The notes beneath the pieces were generated by a model. The model was not told where the DNA came from, did not search any database, and saw only the letters and a list, made by a program, of their open reading frames with translations. A DNA stretch of 64,000 nt from Gemmatimonadaceae bacterium (GTDB lineage Bacteria > Gemmatimonadota > Gemmatimonadetes > Gemmatimonadales > Gemmatimonadaceae). A program made the position numbers and the translations under genes. Where the stretch lies: contig JBJMOW010000005.1 in the NCBI GenBank assembly GCA_045803545.1, positions 288,001-352,000 on the forward strand. The letters run 5' to 3'. How positions within the stretch are numbered: the stretch's first letter is position 1; every line of letters starts with the position of its first letter. Of the stretch, positions 39,200-48,777 are shown one piece after another.

Positions 39200-40003
39200 A
39201 TGATGCCGTTGTCTGAAATGGTCCCTATCACAGTCCTAATAGCTAATAGAAATAACGCACGATTCCTCCGACGTTGTCTCGACAGTGTTAGACGACAGAC
39301 ATTCCCCGCTGGAGAGATCCTGGTTGTCGACGACGCCTCGACAGACGAGTCGCGGGAGCTTTTGCGCACTTATGCTGATGCCGGCACGATCACCTTAATC
39401 GAAAACGAACGGCAACTGGGGGTAGCTGCGAGTCGCGCAATAGGCGCGGCATCCGCTCGGGGACGATTTCTCACAACTCTTGATGCAGATGACTTTTACT
39501 TCACGAGCGAGAAGCTCGCAGCTGAGGCCGCTCTCGTCGACGTGCGTTCGCAGGGTACAATTGCATTCTCCGATGTAATGCGCGTCGATGAGCGCGGGAC
39601 CGAAATTGGCTTGGTATCGAACTCACGGAAAATCCGCGAAGGAAATCTATTCTTCGACATCCGTCACCTAAGAGGGTTTATTCCACGCGACTACCTAGTC
39701 TCTCGAGAGGATTATTTGCGAGCTGGTGGCTATAATAGGGAGTTCAAGATCTACGAAGATTGGGATCTCAAAATTCGGCTCGCGCGCTTTTGCGTTTGGC
39801 GTTTCTCTGGTGTGGTAGGAACGGCCTACACGCTGAATTCAAAAGGGCTCTCGAAGGCCCCGCGACGACAACACATCGAAGCAATGCGACGGGTATTCTG
39901 GGCCAACTGTCCTGCTGAATCTCCCTATGCTCGCCGCCTCGCATTCGCTCGATTTTTTGTCTTTCAGAGTCTGTACATGCGCAGACCAGCTGCCTCCCTA
40001 TGA
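39200..40003 (+). CDS. GT2 (GT-A) glycosyltransferase
   Basis: ILVVDDASTD, LDADD (DxD), GGY, EDWDL. Confidence 0.9.
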   Translation: MMPLSEMVPITVLIANRNNARFLRRCLDSVRRQTFPAGEILVVDDASTDESRELLRTYADAGTITLIENERQLGVAASRAIGAASARGRFLTTLDADDFYFTSEKLAAEAALVDVRSQGTIAFSDVMRVDERGTEIGLVSNSRKIREGNLFFDIRHLRGFIPRDYLVSREDYLRAGGYNREFKIYEDWDLKIRLARFCVWRFSGVVGTAYTLNSKGLSKAPRRQHIEAMRRVFWANCPAESPYARRLAFARFFVFQSLYMRRPAASL

Positions 40004-41286
40004 GCTATGCTGAGGAGGTCAGGGAATGGGATCAGTGGATCGCCGAAACGATTGGCTCGGGTGAGCTCGTCAGTGTAAGTGTACATAGTTCTGATTGCCG
40101 AATTTACCGAAAGGCGTCGAACGTCATTAAGGCTAGGCGCTTAACACCCGCATCTCTCCGCGCTCGGGTCAATTCGCTCGAGGATGAATTCCTCATTCTT
40201 CTTGCGCTCGCTCCGATCCCTGAGGCGCCGAAGCCAGTCAAATATGGGCGGGGCTCAGGCTGGGAGTATTTCGAGATGACAGGCCTTCCGCCGCTTCGAG
40301 TGAGTGATCCGACGTTCGGTTACCCAAAGGAGTCTTTAAAAGACTTTATCGCGGTCGCACTTCTCGTCTTTAGAATGAACTGCCTCGGTTGTTCTCATGG
40401 GGACTTGCACCGGCTGAACGTTGGACGCAACTCCAATGGTACGCTCAGCGTTTTCGATTTTGATCAAGCAGTTACGGGGATTCCTTTGCGGTGTTGGCTC
40501 AGGGATTTTTTTGGCATTGGCGCGTATTCGCGCATGGGCGACATCTCATTGTTTCGACGCGCGGCGGAGGTCGCGTGGATTTCAGTCTTCGTTAAGGGCT
40601 TGCGTGCCATACCCGTTGCACTTACGCGTCCCTTCCGTCGCCCGAGATCAATTGCGGATTCCACCTTGTTACTCGCGAGAGTCAACTTGATGAATTCGCC
40701 GCAATTGGATTCTCTAGCGAATGCTTGGATCCAAGCAGGTGAATCGAAAGCATCATCGCCGGGCACGCTCTCGGCTTACTACTCGCTCGACGTATCCGGA
40801 GTCAACTTTCCGGGTGAGCGGCCGTGGGTGCTCCGCTGGACACATATTCGGCGCTCAGTCGACTTTCGTGGTAAACGGTTTCTCGAGCTCGGTTGTAACC
40901 TCGGTTTGTTGGCCGCACATGCGAAACTCAGTGGCGCAAGCTTTTGCCTCGCCGTAGACATTGATGCCGATATTCTGAGCGCGGCGCGAATTGCAGCGAA
41001 AGCATTGGGAGCCGACGTTCAGTTTAGTCAACAAAACCTTGACTCGTCGAATCAGTGGGAAATGGATTTGAACGGATACGATATCGTCTCAGCTTTGTCG
41101 GTAATGCACTGGCTCAAAGACAAAGAACGCGCCTGGCGCTTTCTGGCAGACCAGAAAGAGGTCCTTTATGAGGGTCACGAATCGGGCGACGAAGCCGTAA
41201 AGCGGTTCCGCACGCTCGGCTTTGCTCACGTGTCGGTCCTTTCGGTGTCTGAACGCGGTCGTTCTCTCATCTATGCAGCGAAATGA
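40000..41286 (+). CDS. Bifunctional kinase-like / class I methyltransferase protein
   Basis: HGDLHRLNV and FDFDQA kinase motifs in the N-half; FLELGCNLG and LSVMHW methyltransferase motifs in the C-half. Confidence 0.7.
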   Translation: MSYAEEVREWDQWIAETIGSGELVSVSVHSSDCRIYRKASNVIKARRLTPASLRARVNSLEDEFLILLALAPIPEAPKPVKYGRGSGWEYFEMTGLPPLRVSDPTFGYPKESLKDFIAVALLVFRMNCLGCSHGDLHRLNVGRNSNGTLSVFDFDQAVTGIPLRCWLRDFFGIGAYSRMGDISLFRRAAEVAWISVFVKGLRAIPVALTRPFRRPRSIADSTLLLARVNLMNSPQLDSLANAWIQAGESKASSPGTLSAYYSLDVSGVNFPGERPWVLRWTHIRRSVDFRGKRFLELGCNLGLLAAHAKLSGASFCLAVDIDADILSAARIAAKALGADVQFSQQNLDSSNQWEMDLNGYDIVSALSVMHWLKDKERAWRFLADQKEVLYEGHESGDEAVKRFRTLGFAHVSVLSVSERGRSLIYAAK

Positions 41287-41385
41287 CATATTGTTGAATG
41301 ATGGGTTTTTTTGCCGACCCGAGTGCTTCACTCTGCAAGTCTTCCTAGCATGCGCAAAGCCAGGCGAGGTTGCGGAGCCAGCGAA

Positions 41386-42561
41386 TTAAGAGCCTGAGTC
41401 CAACGAAGGTATGAGGTCATTTAGCGTATCGCTCACCCCGTTTTCGCTAAAACGCTCTCGAATCCAATCGGCTGTTCGTTCGATGAGAAGCCTCTGGTGA
41501 AAGTAGAAGTCACGTGCTTCACAAAGCCGCCGCTTCAAATCCTTTGCTGAGCCGTCGAACCACATCACAGCGCCGAGATTCACACCCGACTGGGGGAGCG
41601 GAGTGGAGATGAGGACTCTCGCGGCCGCAAGGGCCTCGAACACTTTGAAAGGGAAGATCCCGTTCTTCATTGCGGCGATTGGTTTATGCGGGTTCGCGAT
41701 CACATCGCACTTGGTCATTAATCCGATGACTTGCTCCTGCGGCAGTGCATGAAAGAACGACAGACGAGAATTCGATCGTGCGATCCGCGCACATGCATTC
41801 GCGAGCGGGCCAACGCCAGTAATTACCATTCGCCAGTCGTTCGGCAACTCTTCACAAAGCTTTAGTAGTACTTCAACCCCTTTTTCGCTATAAAGCCCTC
41901 CGAAATACCCTAGCGTGTAGGGTGGCTTAGAGAATGGCGGCGTATTCTCTGGCGTGTCCGATAGTTCGGGGGCTAGAATGCCTGGGAGTAGGACGGTTGG
42001 AAGACCTGAAGATCGAATCAACTTGCAAACTTCCTCGTTCACACACGCGGCAAGCGAGGTGATAGGCAGGACTCTTCGCCGAAGGTACCAATCATCAATT
42101 AGAGGCTTAGGATTTAGGCCGCGGCTACGTGCAGTGTGTAAGTCCTCAATCTCCAACACGACCTTACAGCCTGTGCGCTCGTGCAGCTCTGAGGCTAGCA
42201 GCGCGTCAAAGGCGTACCCGTTATAAAGCCATACGAGAAAAGGATTTTCACGAGCCAGCCGCTTTGCAAGTTCCCGTACAGAGAACAGGTTTAGAAACTT
42301 CCCAACTGGGCGAAGGCGAACCGTGAACGGTTCAACGTGAATGATTGGACGACGCGCCCCCAGCGAAAGCCTGCCAACGCGACCACGTCGGAACTCTTGC
42401 CTGTTATGGGCTGAGTTAACAAGCCATATCTGACGCCCGGAGCGGGCAAGCACCCGCACTAAAGCGCTGATCTTATTGGCTCCGCCGAGAAACGGCACAT
42501 CAGAGCTGCCAATCGGACTGAAAGGAGCCAGAAAAAAGATGGGACGTTTGGCTTCTATCAC
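41386..42561 (-). CDS. GT4 glycosyltransferase
   Basis: GYFGGL..EKG, TGVGP, FPFKVFEALAA..VLIST. Confidence 0.82.
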   Translation of the reverse strand: MIEAKRPIFFLAPFSPIGSSDVPFLGGANKISALVRVLARSGRQIWLVNSAHNRQEFRRGRVGRLSLGARRPIIHVEPFTVRLRPVGKFLNLFSVRELAKRLARENPFLVWLYNGYAFDALLASELHERTGCKVVLEIEDLHTARSRGLNPKPLIDDWYLRRRVLPITSLAACVNEEVCKLIRSSGLPTVLLPGILAPELSDTPENTPPFSKPPYTLGYFGGLYSEKGVEVLLKLCEELPNDWRMVITGVGPLANACARIARSNSRLSFFHALPQEQVIGLMTKCDVIANPHKPIAAMKNGIFPFKVFEALAAARVLISTPLPQSGVNLGAVMWFDGSAKDLKRRLCEARDFYFHQRLLIERTADWIRERFSENGVSDTLNDLIPSLDSGS

Positions 42562-42658
42562 TTCCCGAGTTTCCCTAGGAGCGAGACGGATCGCATGCTA
42601 TACCTTGGTGAATCCCACCAGCAGAACCTGCTGCAGGATGGTTCGCGGCGGGCAGCTC

Positions 42659-43804
42659 TTAAATGGTGTGTTCGCGAGCGACGCTATGATAGAGATCCAG
42701 CCACTGTTCCCCTGCAACCGACCAAGAATATTTCTTAGCTATCAACTCTCTACTTTTTGCGCCGCGCAGTTCCCTCTCGCTGCCACTCATCCCGCACACT
42801 CTTTCCAACGCCTCCGTCAGCGCCGCTACGTCGTTCCCTACCAGAATTCCTCCACCCTCCTCCCAATCGCTCAGGCCGGTTTCTGGAGTCGTGAGGGTGA
42901 ACGTTCCGCAGGCGGCTGCCTCTAAGTTCACCATCCCCATTACCTCTGAGCGTGACGGTACCGCCACGCACCAAGCTGACCGAAAAAACTTCCAGAGATC
43001 TTCGCCGCGCAGGGTGCCAATTCTCTGAATGTAGCGGTCTTTCGGCGCGTTTCGGATACGACTGTCAAGGGCAGATTGATACTTGCTAGACGTTTCTGGA
43101 CCGGCAAGAACGAGTCTCCATCCTTGCGCATTCTTTGCCCGATAGAACGCGTCGATAAGAGCGTCGATTCCTTTTATAGGGTGCATGCGCCCCACGAAAC
43201 CTAGAACCCGTTCACGTGAGACCTCGCCCGCCGCACTTAGTTGTGCGTCAATAAAGTCAAGGTCTACGGCGTTGGGAACGATTTTGATCGTGCACCCCGG
43301 AAAAAAGCGGGCAAGCGTCCTTCCCTCAAGCGGTGTGATGGCATGAATTACGTTTGCCTTAGAAAAAGCTCTCGCTCCGAGGGCGCGCCAGTAAAGCTTT
43401 TTTCTTAGTTCCTTCAACAGGCCGCGATCGGTCCAGTGGTACGGGTCGAGCATACCGTGAAACGTGGCTACGAATGGTATGCGCCATCTCGCCGCAACCT
43501 GCGCCCCGACTAGTTGCGGAGCAAGCCAAGCCCCATGCAGATGTAAAACGTCCGGTCTCCAGCGCTCGCACACCTCTTCAACGGTTCGAACAAGATCCGG
43601 ACTCCAGGCCCAACGCCTCGCTAACGAAGAAGACGTGAGATTTATTTGCATTGCACCACGCTCAGGCAATGCCTCCGATTCCCCCGTGGTAAGCAGGGCA
43701 TTCTCAACTCTGTGAGCCGTCAGCCATTGGATAAGATTATGGACGACGGTAGTTACTCCCCCAGCGGCGCGAGAGTGCGTCTCCGTGATGTGAAGGATCC
43801 TCAA
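42659..43804 (-). CDS. GT4 glycosyltransferase (start uncertain; TTG at LRILH chosen)
   Basis: DVLHLHG, HGML, VPNAV, VGRMHPIKG, PSRSE.MGMV.LEAAACG. Confidence 0.88.
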   Translation of the reverse strand: MRILHITETHSRAAGGVTTVVHNLIQWLTAHRVENALLTTGESEALPERGAMQINLTSSSLARRWAWSPDLVRTVEEVCERWRPDVLHLHGAWLAPQLVGAQVAARWRIPFVATFHGMLDPYHWTDRGLLKELRKKLYWRALGARAFSKANVIHAITPLEGRTLARFFPGCTIKIVPNAVDLDFIDAQLSAAGEVSRERVLGFVGRMHPIKGIDALIDAFYRAKNAQGWRLVLAGPETSSKYQSALDSRIRNAPKDRYIQRIGTLRGEDLWKFFRSAWCVAVPSRSEVMGMVNLEAAACGTFTLTTPETGLSDWEEGGGILVGNDVAALTEALERVCGMSGSERELRGAKSRELIAKKYSWSVAGEQWLDLYHSVAREHTI

Positions 43805-43854
43805 GTTGTTGCCTTGGGCACTCGCAGCATTAACGTGCCGAGTCGCGAGGGCAC

Positions 43855-44433
43855 CTACGGCGTTAAGCCAGGCTGCGTCCGCGGGGTCACCGCTTTGGCC
43901 GGGTTCCCATAGCAAATCATCGCCCCAGCCAGGTCTGCGAACACACTACTCCTTGCTCCCACGACGGCACCCCGCCCGATTCGGCAGCCAGGTCCCACGA
44001 AAACGTCGTTCGCGAGCCAAACCTCGTCCTCCACAACGATCGATCTCGCCACAATTGGAAACGAAAGGTCTCGGTAATCGTGTGAGCCCGCGCATAAGTA
44101 GACCCGATGTGCAATCGCCACATTAGCCCCGATATGAATATCACCGAGGTTATAAATCACCGTTTCGTCGCCCACCCACGAGTGGTCACCAATTCGTAAT
44201 TTCCATGGGTAAGTGATTCGCGCAGACGAGCGGATCAATGCGCCGCGTCCGACTTCGGCGCCGAAGAGACGAAGTAACCATCGCCGCCATCCATAAAGGA
44301 TTTGCGGAGACCAGCGGAATAAGGTGGCGTCTACGAGCCACCACATTTGGACAAGAAGCGCAGATTTCCCACGGAAGCCGGGTGGCACTCGAAAGCGTGA
44401 GAGATCTTGATGAATAGCCGCGGAACGCATCAC
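43855..44433 (-). CDS. wcaF: Colanic-acid-type hexapeptide acetyltransferase
   Basis: WW.V..TLFRWSP, LLRLFGA, ITYPWKL.IGD.SWVG, LCAGSHDY, GNPA. Confidence 0.85.
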   Translation of the reverse strand: MMRSAAIHQDLSRFRVPPGFRGKSALLVQMWWLVDATLFRWSPQILYGWRRWLLRLFGAEVGRGALIRSSARITYPWKLRIGDHSWVGDETVIYNLGDIHIGANVAIAHRVYLCAGSHDYRDLSFPIVARSIVVEDEVWLANDVFVGPGCRIGRGAVVGARSSVFADLAGAMICYGNPAKAVTPRTQPGLTP

Positions 44434-45443
44434 CGGGTTTCGCGCTCAGTGGCGGAGCTTCTAAAATGAACTGCTGAGGAGCTCTGCGAGCGTAGCCACG
44501 TCACGGTTCGGCGCACCCCCTCCTCCATGGAATAGGGCAAACGACCGACAATGGCTTCAACTGGCGACAGATCATACACCATGTCGGTGAGGAGATTAGA
44601 AACTCGAAATGTAGTGACGGGGGGTTCCCAAATCCCGTTGGGCGGGATTAGGTCGCCAACGCGCCCCGCAAACTGAAGGACCCAACGTGGTGCTAATCTG
44701 ATTCGAGGTGCGCGAAAACATTCTTGGATCTTGTTAGCAAAGTCTCGTAACCCGAGGGGCGGATAGTCGGCGATGTAGAATGTCTTCGTCGCGGTTTCGT
44801 GTGACGGCGCCGAAAGAAGCTTCGCTAGCTGGTAAACAGAGTTGCCGACGTAGCCAAAAGACTTCCGAATGTCTGGGCCGCTCGGGTGGAAGTATTTACC
44901 AGCTCGGATAGTCAAGAAAAAGTCTTTGTAGGGTACGCCGAACCACTCGCCCCAAATGGAAGTTGGCCGAACGATTGTCCAGTGAAGCGCCGAACCCGAC
45001 TGGCGAACCAGTTCTTCGCCATCTGCCTTGCTCTGACCGTAGGCTGTGGTCGGTAGGTAATCCCTGTCGTGTTTAGGTTGGTAGCCAATCCGACAAACAA
45101 GCCGACTCGAAGCGAAAAAGATCCGCTCCACTTCCTTGTAGCGCGAAAAGACGTCTATAACGTTCGCAACACCCTCTGTATTCGCGCGATAATCTCCGAC
45201 CGTTTTCCCGTCCAGGTCAGTCCGTGCTGCGAAATGATATACGTGAGTAGGCTGGAACTCTTGAACATGACGATGCAAGTCGTTCACGTCGAGAATATCT
45301 CCGCGGCGCCAAACGCTTTCATGGAGCACGCAGCTCGGATGAGCGACATCCAAGCTAAGGACCTTATCGCCCTGATCGATGTGGTACTGAACGAGGTTCG
45401 TACCGAGGAATCCCGACCCTCCGGTAATCAAAATCCTTTTCAA
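44430..45443 (-). CDS. NAD-dependent epimerase/dehydratase
   Basis: ITGGSGFLG, AARTD, YGQSK, RPTSIWG. Confidence 0.88.
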   Translation of the reverse strand: MKRILITGGSGFLGTNLVQYHIDQGDKVLSLDVAHPSCVLHESVWRRGDILDVNDLHRHVQEFQPTHVYHFAARTDLDGKTVGDYRANTEGVANVIDVFSRYKEVERIFFASSRLVCRIGYQPKHDRDYLPTTAYGQSKADGEELVRQSGSALHWTIVRPTSIWGEWFGVPYKDFFLTIRAGKYFHPSGPDIRKSFGYVGNSVYQLAKLLSAPSHETATKTFYIADYPPLGLRDFANKIQECFRAPRIRLAPRWVLQFAGRVGDLIPPNGIWEPPVTTFRVSNLLTDMVYDLSPVEAIVGRLPYSMEEGVRRTVTWLRSQSSSAVHFRSSATERETR

Positions 45444-45725
45444 GGAGCGCCTGGCACTGGAGACACGTGATCGAATATCATGGAGCCGCCCGAAAGGTAC
45501 GCAAACTCCCAGGTTGATCCTGGCGAGTCCGCCGAGTCAAATACCGCATAACTGGTCACTCGCCGCGCCGGTGATAGACAACGAATGACCAAATTCCGAA
45601 GTTCGTCAAAGTTCTAATCGACGGCCCTGAGAAAACAATCTCTGCTCGATTCCAAGACCACACCAAATAATGATCTCAGCACGGCGCGCCGGTCATCGCT
45701 GAGCAACGCTCCCGACGCGAGCGGC

Positions 45726-46931
45726 GTGGCAATTTCGGCAGGCGATAGCGGACTTGCCGGATCTCCGGCGCGCTGGTACCGACTGCTCGCGTTCCAGCGT
45801 GTAACATCTTCGGGTCGTTTTATGCCCGAGATAGATGGCCTGAGATTTGTCGCAATCCTAAGCGTCTACCTCTACCATCTGAGCGCATTTGTACTCGTCA
45901 AAGAAGTGGCACTTCGCAGCGCGAGCTCACGATCGATCGTCGCTCAGTTGCTGGGACAGGGTAATGTTGGCGTGGAACTTTTTTTCGTGATCAGCGGGTT
46001 CATACTCGCACTTCCGTTCGCGTCGCATTACTTGCGGGGTACCAAGCGAGTATTACTGAGGGCGTACTTTCTCAGGCGGCTAACGCGTCTCGAGCCGCCG
46101 TACATTTTGAGTATGTTGATTTTTTTCCTCCTCCTAGTCGCCTATGTGGGAAAATCAGCTGCGGCACTCCTTCCGAACCTATTGGCAAGTCTCAGTTACA
46201 CCCACAATCTGATCTACGGAACCCACAGTACAATCAACACTGTCGCGTGGTCACTCGAAATAGAGGTCCAGTTCTACGCCTTAGTTCCGATCCTCGCGCG
46301 GGTCTTTAGCATCCGTAATGACGCGAAACGTCGCGCGAGCATCGCCGTTGCGATTGCGCTATCGATGTTTGTTCAGACGGTATTTAACGCGCCCGCAGAG
46401 TCGCGCTTTAATCTTTGCATTTTGAATTTTCTGCAATACTTCCTTTGCGGGTTTCTGTTGGCCGACTTCTACATTGTTGATTGGCAATCGGCCCCGACTG
46501 TCGCGCCGAGGTGGGACGTAGTTTCGCTCTTGGGCTGGCCCCTCGTTCCGATGATCTGGATGCACGCACAAACTTCACGTTGGCTACTCGGTCCAGTCAC
46601 ACTTGTGTTGTATTGCGCGGCATTCAAGGGGCGGTTTAGCCGAAAATTCTTCTCGGCGACTTGGATTACCTCAATTGGGGGTATGTGTTATACGATCTAT
46701 CTGCTCCACTTCCAGCTGATTTCGTTTGTTGGTCGACATACGATTGGTCTCACAACTTCAAATAGTTTTGCTGCTACGTTCGCGTGGCAGTTCATCATGA
46801 TCACGCCGTTTGTTCTGGGCGCTTGTTCAGTCTACTTTCTCGCTATTGAAAGACCGTGTATGCGGCCGGACTGGCCGGCGCGGCTAATGCGAAAAATCGC
46901 GGGCGGTGAGCCAGGAGCCAGAGTGGTTTAA
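45726..46931 (+). CDS. Acyltransferase family 3 (OafA-like membrane O-acyltransferase)
   Basis: IDGLR..AI..V..YH, GVELFFVISGF, RRLTRL.PPY, WSLEIEVQFY, YTIYLLH, IERP. Confidence 0.9.
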   Translation: MAISAGDSGLAGSPARWYRLLAFQRVTSSGRFMPEIDGLRFVAILSVYLYHLSAFVLVKEVALRSASSRSIVAQLLGQGNVGVELFFVISGFILALPFASHYLRGTKRVLLRAYFLRRLTRLEPPYILSMLIFFLLLVAYVGKSAAALLPNLLASLSYTHNLIYGTHSTINTVAWSLEIEVQFYALVPILARVFSIRNDAKRRASIAVAIALSMFVQTVFNAPAESRFNLCILNFLQYFLCGFLLADFYIVDWQSAPTVAPRWDVVSLLGWPLVPMIWMHAQTSRWLLGPVTLVLYCAAFKGRFSRKFFSATWITSIGGMCYTIYLLHFQLISFVGRHTIGLTTSNSFAATFAWQFIMITPFVLGACSVYFLAIERPCMRPDWPARLMRKIAGGEPGARVV

Positions 46932-47042
46932 CGTGACGCCAGAGCTTACACGCCCGAGAACTGAGAAAATCGTTGCGCCCCGAACGCGTTCAGCTACATT
47001 GTCTGCCTTCCCTACAGATGGTCCCGTGGCGCGCAGTCTTAT

Positions 47043-47891
47043 ATGAAGTTTCCCTTCCGTTCGAAGCGTTCGGCCTTTCTTGCGATCCCGTTTCTTTTTG
47101 GCCCGCTCGCCCGCGCCCAGCGTGTCGACAGCATTCGCGACAGCTACATCATAGCGCTGCCATCGGATGCTCAGCGTACTCTTCCGTACATTCCGATCTC
47201 CCCTGGATCTAGCACCGGAACTCCAACCGCGTACGGCGCGGACTGGGGCGATGTATTCGTCGGCGCCGGCTTCCAGGCACGCATGCGCTACGTCAGCGAT
47301 ACTCTTCCCCTCCGCAGGAAAGCGGACGGCGCGGCAGATATTGGGTTCGGCCTCGGTAACTCGGAGAGTGCGATCGGCATCGAGGTGAACTTCACCTCGT
47401 TCTCCACCGTGCGTTCGGGATTCTTTCACCACTCGACTCTCAGCTTCAAAGTCCACCGCGACTTGCCGTGGAATATGGCGATCGCGTATGGATGGGAAGA
47501 CGCGATTCGTACAAAAGGTACCGACGGCTGGACGAGCATGTACGGCGTACTGACGGGTGCAATACCGTTGCGCAGCGACCCTTACGCAGCGTTTAGCACG
47601 CTGACCGTATCGGCCGGCGCTGGCAACGGAAGGTTCCAGCGAGAGAAAGCTTTCTACGCTCGGGAAAACCATCTCAACCCGTTTGGCAGCGTGGGTTTAT
47701 ACGTCGTTCCAGAGATCTCGCTCATCGCGGATTGGACCGGGCAGGATTTGATGCTCGGAGCGTCGCTGGTTCCCTTCCCTCGCATCCCGTTTTTCATCAC
47801 CCCCTCCTTTGCCGATGTCACCGGATCCGCCGGCGATGGCGCGCGGTTCGTGATCGGAGTGGGTCTTGACTTTAATTTCGCTAAGCACTAA
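47043..47891 (+). CDS. Exported protein, putative outer-membrane beta-barrel (copy 1)
   Basis: Signal peptide ARA-Q; Gly/aromatic alternating strands; C-terminal strand FVIGVGLDFNF; paralog of 50410-51231. Confidence 0.6.
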   Translation: MKFPFRSKRSAFLAIPFLFGPLARAQRVDSIRDSYIIALPSDAQRTLPYIPISPGSSTGTPTAYGADWGDVFVGAGFQARMRYVSDTLPLRRKADGAADIGFGLGNSESAIGIEVNFTSFSTVRSGFFHHSTLSFKVHRDLPWNMAIAYGWEDAIRTKGTDGWTSMYGVLTGAIPLRSDPYAAFSTLTVSAGAGNGRFQREKAFYARENHLNPFGSVGLYVVPEISLIADWTGQDLMLGASLVPFPRIPFFITPSFADVTGSAGDGARFVIGVGLDFNFAKH

Positions 47892-47919
47892 GAATGTTTT
47901 CCCTTCGGAGGATCTCCAG

Positions 47920-48510
47920 ATGAAAATGAAGTTGTCAGTCGCGGTGTGCACAGCCTCGCTGTTCATCGCCTTGCCACTGTTCGCACAAGGCCAAAGCGGG
48001 CAGCCGCATGGCAACAACTCGGACCACTCGGGTCACGACAATGACGGCAAGAGTGCCGCACACCGCCAGGATGCTCCGCACGGATTCGGTGGCAACGTCG
48101 TGCTGTCCACGCCGGCGCAGGCCGCCGCAGTCGGTGGCGTGTTGACCACCGTCAGATCACAGCTCGCATCAGCATCATTCCGCGCATCGGCAGGACCTGC
48201 GATTCCAGCCGCGGCCCAATCGAATCTCAACTCGGTCATCGAGTCCGATGACGCGAAGTCGCCCGCAGCAACCGCATTGGCCGCGAAGCTTTTCACTGCC
48301 GGGCCGAAAGCCAGCCGAATCGTTCCCGATCTGTTGAAGGGATTCTCTGCGCTTCGTACAGATCCAGCGGTTCTGCCCTCGGTGGTCTCCCGCTTTAATG
48401 ACTTCACCAACGTCGCTTCTCCGGGCTTCATCACCAGCCCGCCGTCAGAATTCCTTGCTATGCGTGCTGTGCTCGCACAGCTAACCGCGGCGGCCGCCAG
48501 CGCGAAGTAG
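47920..48510 (+). CDS. Secreted hypothetical protein, His/Asp-rich N-terminus, helical C-terminus (copy 1)
   Basis: GGAGG RBS before ATG at 47920; signal peptide LFA-Q; paralog of 51244-51897. Confidence 0.7.
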   Translation: MKMKLSVAVCTASLFIALPLFAQGQSGQPHGNNSDHSGHDNDGKSAAHRQDAPHGFGGNVVLSTPAQAAAVGGVLTTVRSQLASASFRASAGPAIPAAAQSNLNSVIESDDAKSPAATALAAKLFTAGPKASRIVPDLLKGFSALRTDPAVLPSVVSRFNDFTNVASPGFITSPPSEFLAMRAVLAQLTAAAASAK

Positions 48511-48533
48511 CTTCCGCCACGGTCTAAAAATCC

Positions 48534-48565
48534 AAAAGCCTCGCGAGAAATCGCGAGGCTTTTTT
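48534..48565 (+). terminator. Rho-independent terminator (possibly bidirectional)
   Basis: AAAAGCCTCGCGA-GAAA-TCGCGAGGCTTTTTT hairpin with U-tract, ~25 nt after the stop at 48510. Confidence 0.88.
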
Positions 48566-48777
48566 GCATCCGCATCGAAGTTCTGTACGAAAGCAGACCG
48601 AACTGGATCGCTTCCACGCGTAAAGAATTTTTCGTCTTGCGGCGATTCAAAACACACGTATTATGACCGACCGCTGCCGCATCTACGCACTGTGAGGGCA
48701 GTTCAACTACCCGTTGCGAGTCTGCAACACTTTCCATCGGTTCGAGTGCGTAAGTAGCGTCAAAGAGAGAGTTTAGC

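Noticed and set aside
45481..45535. CCGAAAGG-TACGCAAA followed by a hairpin, resembling a c-di-GMP-I riboswitch upstream of the acyltransferase
   Set aside because: The upstream GGCAAAC segment, a full P2 stem and the tetraloop receptor are missing. An Infernal search against the c-di-GMP-I model would be needed to revive it.
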